From Vicugna vicugna (taxonomy: Eukaryota), in contig MU058836.1 in assembly GCA_013265495.1 (NCBI GenBank), forward strand, positions 186,001 to 250,000: DNA of 64,000 bases, in the 5' to 3' direction. The notes under the pieces are model-generated. The model did no database searches, was not told where the DNA came from, and saw only the letters and a program-made list of their open reading frames with translations. Made by a program: the position numbers and the translations under genes. Shown here one piece after another: positions 51,780 to 64,000 of this stretch; position 1 is the first letter of the stretch, and each line of letters begins with the position of its first letter.

Positions 51780-52345
51780 CAGAAAAATGGGCCAATTCAC
51801 AGCTGCAATCGTTAGGAGAATTTCCTGTCTGGGAGTCTGGAAACTGCCAAGAGTGGAAAGTAGCAGCCAGCCGGCGAGGCCTCTGTTGTCATTGGCCCCA
51901 ACAACAACACAAACAGCCACAGCCACCGCCACCACCACCACAACAAAACACGCCACGTGGGCCCAGGCGCACACAAACACGCCCACAGAACCAAACCAAA
52001 GGGACGGGGCTGCGAGGAGGAGCTTCTGCGCGGCACGTTCCGGCGGCGGGGAAGGCACATCCCCTGGCCCCGCGCCACGGCAGCCCCACTCCCAGCCCCC
52101 CGCCATCTGTCGACAGCGGCCTGCCTACTGTTAAGTGTGCCGACACAGGACACGGAGCCTAACGCGGCGCAAATGGACGGGGAGGGAAAACAAAGGCACC
52201 ACAGTCAGTGGGAGAAGGTGGCTACGGCTTTGACGGAAACTGACAGAAAGCCGGGAAATTCAAACTGAAAGTTGCCCTGAAGACCTGCAGGGCTGGGCAG
52301 GGGGGTGGACGGGAGGGTGAGGGGTGAGGGGTGCAGGGAGGGAGG
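51780..52345. promoter_or_regulatory. CpG-rich promoter/enhancer-like patch
   Basis: Dense retained CpGs against a depleted background; CCAAT/ATTGG; E-box CACGTG 51954-51959; CTCF-like 52099-52115; G-runs 52290-52345. Confidence 0.55.
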
Positions 52346-53639
52346 CTGGCAGTCTGGTGTGATACAGCTAAGCACGTCAGCTTTTTTCAGACTCTACGAT
52401 CCATTCTGACTACTCACAGATTGCCCAATAAGGCTTTCTATTACAAGAAAAAAGGAAAAAAAATTTTTAAAGGAAAATTTTGTTCCAATGAAACTTCTGA
52501 AGGAAACATTTAATCAGGACATCCCATGTGATGTAAAGCAAATGGCTCAAGTCTTTATCAAATAACCATTCAAATTAAGAATTACCACATTATTAAATTT
52601 AATAATTAATTATAATCTATTATAATTACTAATAATCTCGCCAATTGGGATAAATTGCCCTTACTTTGCTGCCCAGAAGCTGGGGGTGTTAGTTTTATAT
52701 TCTCATTTGAGAAATCTTTAGGGGAAAAAAAATCAGGGTATTTGTCATTTTCCACCATTGATAATAAAAATATTTTTATAACTCATTTGTCTACCAAAAA
52801 CTGCAGCAGCAAAAGAACCTAAATCAGCTAAGATTCCTGCTAAAAGGGGTCTACATTTCTGCTTGTGTGGTGTAGATTCTGTCTACACTGGACGGGTGAT
52901 TGTCTTGGAGTTTTCATTCCTTGTCTTTGGAAGCAGACACTTTCTCTTAAAGTCTTAAAAATATGGACCCAGGTTGCCAGTTATTTGATGACCACTCCAT
53001 ACATTATTTTCCCTGTGTTAGAGAAAAAGATACCAATGCTAAGAGAGTTTAAAAATCACCCAAAATTGAGATGGTAGAACTTCTAGAGTTTTGACTTGAG
53101 GACCTAGCATTCTTTTGTTTTAAACAAATAGATTCTGTGGGGCTGATTTTACTTTGCCCTTTCAGTTCCCACCGCAAAGTCACAAATACTATAAATTCTA
53201 ATTCCCACTCTTCAAAATGTTAATTAAGCAAGCAAAATGGTGGTGAGTTTTAACCAAGATGGCCAAAAACAAACCAGCTTTCATTCTGTTCGCTCATCAG
53301 TTAAATGTGATTATTTGATCACTCTTTAAGAGCTGATGACTAAAAACCAAACTCTGGAAAAGAAGGTTCAACCCCTAAACACTTCCGGTTGACAGCATCA
53401 TAGCTTGGCTCATTACCCGCTAATCAACAGAGTATACATATATTTACAAATAAAAACACACACCAGATGTATTTTCATCCACAAGGTGATGCTGTCAACT
53501 AAAATAGAGAATGTGCACCCATGTAGAGCATCCATCATTTTTAAGACAGAGTCACCACAAAATCTCCCATTTCATGATTCATGAATGAATGCCTGTACAC
53601 ATGCCGGTGGCTGTGATATAGCCATGTGTACAAAGAAGG

Positions 53640-53840
53640 ATGAGATGGTTAAAAAAGTCAGCTCTGAAGTCAGAAGAGTTAGCTTTGAGTGCAGGCTCTG
53701 ACGTTGCCTAGCTTATACTCTTATGCCTCAGTGTCTTCATCTGTAAAATGGGAATAACAGCATCCACAGAATTGTTTTTCAGTATTAAATGAGACCGTGA
53801 ATAGGAAAAGGTTTTGTAAATAGCACCATACTAACATCAT
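53640..53840 (+). mobile_element. MIR SINE
   Basis: tatgcctcagtgtcttcatctgtaaaatgggaataacag. Confidence 0.8.
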
Positions 53841-56178
53841 TCTCCTTTTTTTCTGTAGTTCTCCATTCCCTTCAAATGTGCTTCTGTTTCTCCCAGACTG
53901 ATCAGTGTTGAAAAGGAGATGGGTTCCTCCAACCCTCTCTTCAGAAAGTAAAAGGTAGTTTAAAGGTGATCTTGGAGACCATCCTGACATTCTACATCAA
54001 AAACCCATTTTGAATTTCACCTATAAGGAGAGAAACTACATAGAAATAACTATCATTTCCCTTTCCTATGAAATTTAACAGAATTTTCAGAAATCCTACA
54101 CAAAACTCCTCTAGGAGCATAAAGAGTGATTTTCCAAATGGTGCTTCATATGCACCTGTGAGTGACCAGTGTAAATTAATCCTTTATCTCTAGGTCCATA
54201 CGGTCATTCATTCATTCGTCACAAGTATATTGAGTGCCTCCTTGGTACAAGGCAGTTTGCCAAGTCCCAGGGTGACAGCAAGAAACAAAGAGACTCAAAG
54301 GGGCAAGTGAGGTGGTCCCGTCAGTAGATTTTCCTTTTGAGTAAAGGAATAACTAAAGTTTTTAGGAATGTTTTGGAATTTTTAGCAGCTTCCATGCTTG
54401 TCAAGGAGTAATAAAATAAGAGCCTAGGAGTGTGGTTCTCTTCCTGACTTTACCAATATTTGAAGCTTTGAACAAGTCACTTTCCTGCTTTGGGCAGTTT
54501 TCATACTTTCCTGACATTTAAAGCTTTTCAAACCCCCTCTCGCTGTGTTTTCTGCGTTGGTAGAGCTACTTCTCCAAGAAATATTTGCCCAAGGGTTCAA
54601 TTTGGGGAAAGCGTTTCACTCTTCCGAAGTGTGTTTTATCTAATAGAATGTCACGGCAGGGAGCTGGGCCAGAATACAGTCCTACAGGGGACTTGGGGAC
54701 AGGAACAAAAAGTGGGACTTTAAAAAGAGCTTCCCAAATCCTTTACTAGGCTGAAGGCTCCATGAGAACAAGGAGCAAGGATGCTTTATTCATCATCATG
54801 CCCCCTCTGGTCCCTGAAATTGTGCTGATAGATGTTCACAAGTATGTGTGGGATGCACCTGTGCATGAAGCAGCTTGTTATGATAGATAATAGCATAGCA
54901 TAAAATAGTTGATGTTGATGAAATTAACAGCTTATGATAAACCTTCCCACTGCTTCATCAAACCTTTTTGAAACTGCCCCTCCCAAACAAACAAACAAGC
55001 GGAAAACCACGATTCTACATGGCTGCAGCTGCCCACCGACGCAAAGCCATGGTCTGTGCTAGAGCAAAGCTGATGACTCTCTTGATGCTGCAGAAGTCTC
55101 TCAGAATCCCTCGATGGTGCCCATTCATGAATTAAAAGACTGGGAGAGGGTTAGAAGGGCATTTTCTGCAAGTCTGAGGTCTTGGATTCTAATCCTGCCT
55201 TTTCCCTTGATAACCACGTGGCCTCGAGCAAAACCTCTACTTTTCATGACCTAAATTTTCTCCGTAAACAAGAGGTTTTGATTTCTCCGGCTCCTTCCAG
55301 GCACAGGAATTTACAAAGCAAGTGGAAAATTATATGCATGCGGCCATTTTTTTTAAGTAGAATTTCATCGTCCACAATGCCTCCGTTACTTTACTAACTC
55401 CATTCCTGTGTTAAGTTTGGAAAATTGGCAAAATGATTGCAACTGTTTCAGAAGTTAATGTTGTATTAGATCAACCTAGCAAACAGACACTTGCCTAGAA
55501 AGCAATGCTTTTTGCCAGAAATAGGCTGGCTCGGAAAAACGTTGCCCTGAAAAGCCCCGTCTCGGGTGCACCACTGCCTCCTCACACCTCTTCCTCCCTG
55601 TGACTCAGCTGCCCCCCAAAGACCAGCCTGAACTGGGGTTAGAGACACAAAGTAGCCTCTCATCATAGGACCCAGTGTTGAGTCACTTCTACTGATGGTT
55701 CAGTCATAACCTGGTACATCAGTCGAGGAACTGACTGTTAGCCTTAATCCTTCATCCTGAGTCTGGGGAAGACTGGAAAGAATGGTTTATGCAGGTGATT
55801 ATCACCAAGTACTTACTGAGTTCCCAACAAGTGCCATCCCCCCCAACTCATTCCCGACTCATGCGCTAGACTCCTCCCCCACCCCATGCCGCCATGCTGT
55901 CCACACTCTACCCTATTGCTCAACTCCCTTCCCCCAGTGACAGCCCTTCTGGTGGCTGTTTCACAAGGGGAAGCCTTGACTTCCTGTAGATGACCTGGCC
56001 CAGAAAACCTGAAAACACTGCCGACCTGTTTTAACATGATTTCTTTGGCCTGTTCAATGAGGCTTGTCACCGGCAGGGCAAGGCAGGGCAGAAAGAGCCC
56101 CAGCAAGTACCAAGCCACAGACTAAGGGTCATGATTTCATTTCCCCAGAGATGGCAGACTATCTGCAGAATACCTCAC

Positions 56179-56219
56179 CATGGCCAGAATGCATCACCTG
56201 GACTGTAACAGTTATGGTC
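56179..56219 (-). other. Candidate 41-nt exon of an unidentified minus-strand transcript
   Basis: cttaac branch-like motif, ttttacctacag| acceptor, ends GCCATG|gtgagg donor. Confidence 0.35.
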
Positions 56220-58847
56220 CTGTAGGTAAAAGTGCAGATGTGTTAAGGTTTTCTAACAGGTGTTACTATTACAGGCTGGCAGAGTTCCTGGATCCATCAG
56301 AACCCTGATCCTGTTAGAATCCTCAGCATTGCAATCATTGGGAACTAGAGCCCAAACCTTGAACTCTAGTCTAGTAGCTGGGTCCCTACTCTCCATCCCT
56401 GATTCCCATTATACACCTTGATTTTGGAGTGTCACCTGCTCTGTGCCCCCTACTCATCCCTCAGGAATCCTATTAAAAATCTTCTTAGACCTTTGATTCT
56501 AACTGTTTGCTCCTTTTTCACCCATTACCTATTACCATGTTCAGGAGCTACTCAAGGAAGTCAGCTAAAACTGGTGAGTGTCATGGCGCGTGGTGGCAGA
56601 GCTCACAGGCGGAGAGACCAAGGCCAGGTTCATCCAAGGAAGCCAAAGAGGAGTATATGGGTGAGATGATGTCTTATGGAAGGAAGTGCAGCTGGAACCA
56701 CCATCAAATCCAAAAGGGCAAAGCAAGTTCAGAAACAAAAGAGCAAGCACTGAGCTTAGTTGCAGGATGGATCTACGGTGAGACAGAATCCACGAACAAT
56801 TCAGAGTAAGTGACTAAGGGCTAAAACTGTGGACACAGAGGTGGATTATGTCCCCTTAATGAACTGTCTAGTACATGCCGTGGGCAAGGAAGCTTTCAAG
56901 AGGCCATGAGAGGTAGACATGCATATGCTGTGGGCCTCACTTTATGCTGGACTCAGTTTTCTTGCAGCATCTGTGGATGTGGTCCAGCCTCAGAGTGGGA
57001 CTCGTCCAGTCTACCCCATCTCACTGCAATTTACTAAGCTTGACTTTTTTTTTTCTGCAGAGAATACATTTGCTCTGAATTGTATTACTTTTGACAAAAC
57101 AAAATTTAAGACCGTGGTTAGAAACCTCAATTAAGTTTTGATAAGACTCTGTGTATATTTGTTTCTCGGGAGGTGGAGAAACTATTTTCATCTGCTAACA
57201 ATGCACCTTCCAGAAAATAAGACGTGGTTTCATAGGCTCTTTCTAAGTCAGCAACAAGGCCTCCCCTCATCCTGTTACAAATAGGAGATGTGGGAACAGA
57301 AAAGCTAATGACTTGCCCAGATCACATGGGTAGCTAGTGTTGGAATTAAGAAAATTCATTTCTTATGCTCCCAAAGTAGGCAGAAAACGGCCTTAATAAA
57401 CAGTCTTGTTTGCCTGGTGCGCTTGGGAAAACTGGTAGGTGGTCTTTGTTTCCAGGGTGTTTGTGCAAAGTGTATCCTCTAGTCCCAACACAGCCAGATT
57501 CCCAAAAACCAAAGGTGGAGTCAAAGAGGGGATGTTCTGCACAGAAAACAAAGTCAGCCCAGAACATTCACCCCTGTGGAGACTCATCACAGCCCCAGCT
57601 GCCTCTTGGTCAACCAGAGACCCTGGACCTCACTGACTGCCCGGAGGCCACATCCCGTGGGGACAGCAACTCCACTGCATGTGTGCAGCCTCATGATTTA
57701 ATGTGGGTGATTAATACCACTTGGCTGAGTGGCTTTGCCAGTTTGTGCCTTAACTTTCTCATGCTTGAGTTTCTTCTCCCAGTCCCTCCGCTGCATAGAA
57801 CCATAATGTGATTCTGTAGAAACTAAGCAAAAAGGAATACATTAGTCTAGTAGCTTGGAGCTGTTGCCAAAGGAAGTCTCTTCCACTGACTGCCAGCCAA
57901 GTCCCCTATGAGATCGTGCAGACTCTTACAATATTGCTCAGGGAGCGAAACAAAGAGGAAGAGAAAGAGAGGGGTCGTGCTTGTTATAATTTCAAGTACG
58001 TGGTTATGGGAAGCGTCTTATGTTACCAGAAAGCTGGTATCTGGGGTTTTCCTCTTTCCCAGAGGAGCTGAAAATGGGAAGGGGGAAGGGAGGGTTATCT
58101 TACCCACTTTTTGTAGCCAAAATCATCAGGGCCAAAATTCCTTCCTAGAAATGTCAGTGGCAAGATTCAGACAATTACCACCAGTTCAGCAACTCCCAGC
58201 CCTGGGTCATTAACATCATCCCTGCCATTCAACCATGTCACTCCACCCATTCCCCAGGAGAGAAAAAAAATCTCAGAGCCTCCTGCCTTAAAGCCATTCT
58301 GATGAGAGGCTGCAAGGCAAGAAACCCAAGTGTTAGATATTTGCCTGGTGCCTTTGAGCACCTGGGCTGCTGATTAGTTTTAGTCCCCTTGTTCTTCATC
58401 TCAGAGAATGATGGAGTTCCCAGTATTCCAGTTGGAAGTCTGCCTGTCTGTGGGGAAGGAAAGCAAATGGTATGGTGTTTTTAACCAGTTCTCTCCGAGG
58501 GTTATGGCTTCGACTAACCTCCATTGATCCCATTCTCTCATTCAATCAGTGTCTTAGTTAAACAAAACGTGATGACAAGAGCCATAATGCTTGTCACCAG
58601 TGGCTTTAAACTCCCTCCCTCCTCTCTGCATGGGTTCCACGCCCCAGAAGCCCAATGCCAGCTAATGGCTCTTCCTGAATCGACCGCTTTGAGGGCAGGA
58701 ACCCCATCTTATTCATCTTCAACTCCCTTTTCCCCAGCCAGGTTCATTGTACAAAGATGATGTTGCATGCATATCACTGTGAGATATGAGGGAAAGGAAG
58801 GGTAACCACTTCTCCTGGCTTGTGCGCTCAAAAACTCGCAAATTGGA

Positions 58848-59055
58848 AGTGGGGGGCAGGGGCAAGATAGGGGTAAAGGATTAAGGGGTATAAACAACTA
58901 GATATAAAATAAGATACAAGAGTGTAATGTACAGCACAAGGAATATAGCCAAGATTCTACAATAACTTTAGAGAATAAGCTCTAAAAATATTGAATCACT
59001 ATGTTGTACACCTGAAATTCATAATATTGTAAGTCAACTCTACTTCAATTAAAAC
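58848..59055 (+). mobile_element. L1 3' UTR fragment (different subfamily)
   Basis: gtacagcacaaggaatatagcc...gaatcactatgttgtacacctgaaa...tacttcaattaaaa. Confidence 0.8.
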
Positions 59056-59919
59056 AATTCAATATTTAAAAAGTAATAATAAAAGAAGGGCAAAGACTGG
59101 TTTAAGAAACTCACCAGCTGGAAAGCAATACGTTGACTAGCCCATCTGCCATCATGTAAATATACAGGTTGTTTCTATCCAGATAATCAATAGAAATGAG
59201 CACGTTCACGCAACAAAGTTTGCTCTGGAGGGAAAAAGGTGCCGACTCTCTGCACAGGCAAATATTCTCACAACGAAGCAGCATTATTGAGCACATCTTA
59301 ATACGAATTATGGACCTCCAAGCGGCCCGATCGACTCACCCAGGGACGACCTTGCCAGTCAGATCCGTCTGTGAGATCTTCGCTGAGAGTCAGTCCTTGA
59401 CTCGCAAACACGTGGCCCTCATTTACCTACCTGATGCACCTTCAAGAGCAAACACGTTTATCCCAATTCCCCACCCCCTAGCTTTCACCCAAGAAATCAA
59501 AAGGGCCTACGAGTGATATAATTGTCTTATTATAAACATACCTTGGAAGCCATTCTTCCATCCATTTATAAATTTCCAGGTGTTAATTTTGTTAATAACA
59601 AATCTGTAATGGATTTTTTTTCATTCACTGCTTTCCCCGCTCCGCCTCTCCTATGACACACCTGTGGTGGGACTCTGAGTCTCAAGGGTCCCATAAGCAA
59701 AAATCCTGCTCTTAACAGTCCCCCTTTTCATCTGCCTCCTATCCAGCGTGGGAGCTTTGGCTCCGCTTTCCCGTTCTGGCCTGGTTCCTACCCCTTGCAA
59801 TATTTGATAGATTATTGTCATTTCCCTCACTCAAATTTCAGCACTTCCTAAAAACTTTGGCTCGAATTCACTCGCTGGTCCTTTTACTCCTGCTGTTTTC
59901 CATGTGACTCTTCTTCCCA

Positions 59920-60800
59920 ATACCCCCTGCCCCTGCCCCCTCAACCCCACACCACCCCCACACCACGAAATCTATACGCGCAGGTCCCAGACCTAATCGG
60001 GTGGGGGTGGGGCGGGGCGGGGAAAGCCCGAAGGGCCTCAGGTGATCTAAATGAAGCAGAGTTTGGATCCTGAAGATGTCACAGGACAGCTGATGTTTTA
60101 TCCTACTGCCAGCGTACATTCAAATCTCAGGAGTGAAAGAGACTTAAAAGCTCATCCCTGCCTCCGCCTCTGATTACACCAAAATCGTAGCCATTAAGGC
60201 GAGATTAGCATTCCATGGCGTCCTCGGAGATCTCTGAAGTGGATTCCACGGCCTCCCTTAGTAATGCATTCCAGAAGCTCATCGAAGGCAGAGAGATTTT
60301 CCTCCTGCCGAACCTAAATCCTGCTGGAAGCAATTTAAACCATTCCCCTTTGGCCTGTCTTTGTGTGGAAAAAGAGGAAAGCTCTTTGCCACTGCCCTTG
60401 CGGGTCCCTTCACAGATTCCTTGGCTCCCGCAGACACTTCATCTGCTGATGAAAAGGAGAGCAGCGCAGGGGCTGGGACAGCAGGAGGAGAGGGAGGCCA
60501 CGGAGAAACACTCGCCTTTTCCTCTCTGGCCAACTTGGTGGAAGCAGCCCCGAGTGCTCTAGGCTCCGGTTTGAACCCATCTCTGGCGTCTCATGATCCT
60601 GGGTCAAGTCTCCTGCCCGTGTCGCCGCCACGTGACCCCCCTTCATCTCCAGCGAGGTTCTCCCCTGGAAGCGCGGAGAGAACGTGCAGCTGGGACACCA
60701 GTTGCTGCAGCTGAGCTGCGCGCGGCTCTGACCTTTCCCTTCATCTCCCGAGTAACGTGGAGCAAGGAAAACGGACGATCAGGTTTTCTGCTGGCCAAAC
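59920..60800. promoter_or_regulatory. GC-box/E-box CpG-rich promoter-like region
   Basis: gggtgggggtggggcggggcgggg (tandem GC boxes) at about 59998-60022; GTCACGTGG on minus at about 60628-60636; CpG cluster 60550-60780. Confidence 0.45.
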
Positions 60801-62045
60801 CTGCTTCTCTTTCCTGGCAAGAGGACACGAGGAGACAGTCTATTCTTCCCCGCAAGACAGTAAATAAAAGAAAGAATGCTGTGGGTGTATAGGACGTTTG
60901 GAACATTTCATTTTTGTAATTGTGCGTTCTGAGCTAGGAGCCACCACAAAAGACCAGTCTTTGGAAACTGAGGGGGTTTGTGGTTGTTTTTTAGGGCTGG
61001 CTGGTCAGCCCGGATTCTGTTTCCACTTTTCCCATTAGTCCTCAAGTTCTAGGTGAGGCCCCCAAGACCCTGGGGCATCTGACCAGGGGCAGCTGCCAGC
61101 ATTCTCCCATGATGAGCGCTGGAATGCGGGTTGGCTGAGCACGTTGATTTGCAAGGTGTTTATAAAGTTTCTTGATCCTTTTTTCCACCTGGTTGGCTTC
61201 CTGGACCCAGAAGTTCATGGACTGCAGTGTGCCACCGGGAACAAAGAAATGGAATAAACACGCCATGCGCTTCCCTGGGAACTTCTTTTGTATAACTTTT
61301 TATTTTTAAATCTCTCTTGCTCTCTTCACTTTTGTTTCCCCTTTCTCTTCTCCCCCTCTCTCCCCCGCCTCCCTCTGGTGTCTCTGTTTACACAGTTTAG
61401 AGATTGGGAAGATGTTGGTAGTTTTCCAGCTGCTTATGCACAAGTGTAATTGAATCATTTATTTTTAGTGATGTCAAGAAGTTGAGCACAGAAATAAAAG
61501 GAGCACTGCACACTGACTAAAACGTAAGAGAGTCCTCATTTGGAGGGTGAAGATCCAGTGGATGTGATTATTTTCAGATCGGAGGCTCTTCACTTCTCAT
61601 TTGAAAATCCGATTTGGAACATAATTTGTTTTATTTTCAGCTGATGGGGTCTCGGGTCTCAAGCCAAATTATTCTATGTCCTTCTGGGGTTGATGGCTAA
61701 CTGGCAGCTCCTTCGCAAATAAACCTCACACTACGCCTGTCATTTTCTTCCCCTTTAAGCAAGAGAGCCCTACTTGGATTCTTTCCTGGATGGAAAAGAT
61801 GAGGCTTAAATTAAAGACCTGTGGGACATCCTGAGATCCTCACAGGAAAAGGTCACTGGAACATCATCTGTCATTTGAAACAAAACAATTAAATAGATGC
61901 AAGAGCCTATGTGTTTTGGTGGCCAGCACATTCCAAGTCTATTGAGTTGTCTTTTTCTATGCACCTACATTTATTTTGGGTGGAATTGGAGAAGCATCGT
62001 TTGTTCTTTACAGAGCTGTCACAAAGTGCTAACAGAATTGACTCA

Positions 62046-62241
62046 TTTTTTTTTAATTGACGTACGATCAGTTTACAATGTTGTGTTAATTTCTGGTGTA
62101 CAGCCTAGTGATTCAGTTATACATACATATTCCTTTACATATTCTTTTTCATTATAGGCTATCACAAGATGTTGAATATAGTTCCCTATGCTATACAGTA
62201 GGACCCTGTTGTTTATTTTATATATAGTGGTGTGTATCTGC
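62046..62241 (-). mobile_element. Short L1 3' end
   Basis: Poly(T) plus antisense L1 3' UTR; TSD aattgactca / aaatgactca. Confidence 0.88.
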
Positions 62242-62379
62242 AAATGACTCAAGCAATTTTCACCTTCCTTTGATTCTCCCACCCCCTCTTCCTCCCCATC
62301 CCCTCCAAAAGATAAAAGACAGCTATGCAATCAGTACAATATAAAACAGGGTATTTGAAAATGAATTTGAAATTAATAA

Positions 62380-62580
62380 AACTAGTTACTATTCATTGAG
62401 TGCACATTATACACCAGACACAGTTCCAAGTATTGACATATCAGAGAGAGAGAGCACTATTATCCCCATTTACAGATAAGGAAAGAGATGAACAGAGATG
62501 TTAAGTAATTTCTGGGTCGTGCTGTGAACCCAGAGAGTCCAGCTCTGGTGTCTTTATTTGTACTTTTAGCACTACATGCC
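62380..62580 (-). mobile_element. MIR SINE
   Basis: cactattatccccatttacagataaggaaa...gatgttaagtaattt. Confidence 0.75.
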
Positions 62581-62589
62581 TCTCACAGC

Positions 62590-63174
62590 AATGGACAAGC
62601 AACTGACAAATGGGAGAAACATAAGCAAGATAGATGGCAAAGGGATATTATTCTTAATATATAAAGAACTTTTGCAAAACAATAAGGGAAAATGTCAAGT
62701 GCCCCAACAGAAATACAAATGACAACAGCGAATAGTTCATACATATAGAAACCTCCAAATCGTTAATAAATGTTTTTAAAATTTTAAATCACATTAAAAT
62801 CAAAGAGACAAATTCAAACAATCATACATCTTTTTCTCTGTTAGACAGATTAAGATTATAAGAAAAAAATGTTGCTCAGTGTTGACGATAGTGTGAGGTG
62901 AACAGCCACCCTCAAACACTGCTGATGTGATGTCTAAGTTGTTGCAACATTTAGGAAAAGAAAATTTTCAGTGTTAATGAAGACTCTTTAAAATAAGTTT
63001 AGGAATTCCACTTTTGGATAGTTTTTCTAAGCAAGTAAAAAGGAGTACAAGCATTCACAGGTAAAGAAGTCAACTTTAGAATTCTTTAAAATGATGGTAG
63101 GTCTGTATTACAGAATACCAAACCATCATCAAAACTCATGTTCTTAAAGAACATTGATGGAAATGGAAAATGCA

Positions 63175-63218
<44 letters not shown>

Positions 63219-63420
63219 GTATCATAAACATTAACATTAACATAACAAAAAGGGAGTTTATGTAACAGTATGTACCAATTTGCAACATTATGAAAAGACT
63301 AACACAGGAAGCCAGAAAGTTAACAAGTGTTGTTCCCAATGAGGAGAGAGTACTCATGTGTCTCACTTTCTTCTGTACACTCTGTTTCAATGAAAATGTA
63401 TTATTTTATAATCCAAAAAT
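62590..63420 (+). mobile_element. Old L1 (L1ME-type) fragments
   Basis: gacaagcaactgacaaatgggagaaac...ttcttaatatataaagaact...ccctcaaacactgctgatg. Confidence 0.6.
63175..63218. repeat. (TAT)n microsatellite
   Basis: About 14-15 perfect units. Confidence 0.95.
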
Positions 63421-64000
63421 TTATGAATTATAAGACTGGAGTAAATATAGGGAAAGAAAGAAGCGTGCAAACATCTATAATGAATAACCTTTTGCAAATT
63501 ACATTTGAGCATTGACTAACTCTGAGAGTGCTGACAGATAAAGCAAAAGGGGAAGTAAATTGCACATGTCACTTTTTAATAGAAAGACTACAAATTCATC
63601 TTTCAAAAGCTTTTTTCCCTGAGGACCTTACTGACTATATTTATATGGGAGATGCTGGATAACACTGGGCAACTGCCTTCGCTTTGCTTCTGTGGGAGAC
63701 GCAGAAACTTTGTTCAGATGCACAGCCTTATAGGGACCATCTAAAAAAATAAACACTAGGAAATGAGAACAAATAGAGAAAAGACATTTTTTTTTTTTCG
63801 GTGAAGTAGAGTAAGATAGTGAACACATTTTTTCCTCTGGAATACCTAACCTCTTAAATCAGGGATGGGTCTTAGAGAACCCTGGGGAACAGTCTTGGGT
63901 TGAAAGAGCAATGTTTTCTCCCCAAAGTCACTGAGAGTAGCCAGTGTTAACACAGTAATTAACATTGTTGGCATATAAACAACTCCAAGTTTAACAGAAC

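Noticed and set aside
51646..52134. 162-aa Thr/Ala-rich ORF (longest in the window)
   Set aside because: Explained by GC-rich low-complexity sequence that is open in several frames on both strands
56540..57050. Possible ancient Gypsy-like LTR
   Set aside because: Only a general impression; I could not anchor diagnostic termini or a consensus match
63136..63390. Poly-Ile hydrophobic ORF
   Set aside because: It is the translation of the (TAT)n microsatellite
1..64000. ORF-track entries as host genes
   Set aside because: All are short, many use non-ATG starts, many overlap repeats, and none resembles a protein I recognise apart from L1 relics
1..64000. CRISPR arrays, operons, rRNA or other prokaryotic/defence systems
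   Set aside because: No regularly spaced repeats or gene-dense segments; the content is mammalian throughout

Overview
This is mammalian, repeat-rich, non-coding genomic DNA, very probably from a camelid (camel/alpaca/llama). The evidence for that is five copies of a tRNA-Ala(AGC)-derived SINE matching the camelid Vic-1 family, and no Alu, Bov-A, PRE1 or Can SINEs that I can see. I could not recognise any intact host protein-coding gene. The only clearly protein-derived sequences are a decayed LINE-1 ORF1 with the start of ORF2 (31.9-33.5 kb) and a short, very old non-LTR reverse-transcriptase relic (about 28.35 kb). Much of the window is ancient L2/MIR, MaLR/ERVL LTRs, hAT MITEs and L1 fragments. 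CpG-rich promoter/enhancer-like patches at about 51.8-52.3 kb and 59.9-60.8 kb, a well-formed 41-nt minus-strand candidate exon, and a one-sided orientation of young L1s together hint at a minus-strand transcription unit running leftwards from about 60 kb (inference only). I see no evidence for a new multi-gene system. The best leads are small: a SINE copy that folds as an Ala-identity tRNA with a Ser anticodon, a TSD-flanked but 3'-truncated L1, the ancient RT relic, a two-way CTCF palindrome and a miR-1302-like MER53 hairpin. Repeat family names come from recall of consensus sequences, and boundaries are approximate unless TSDs are quoted.
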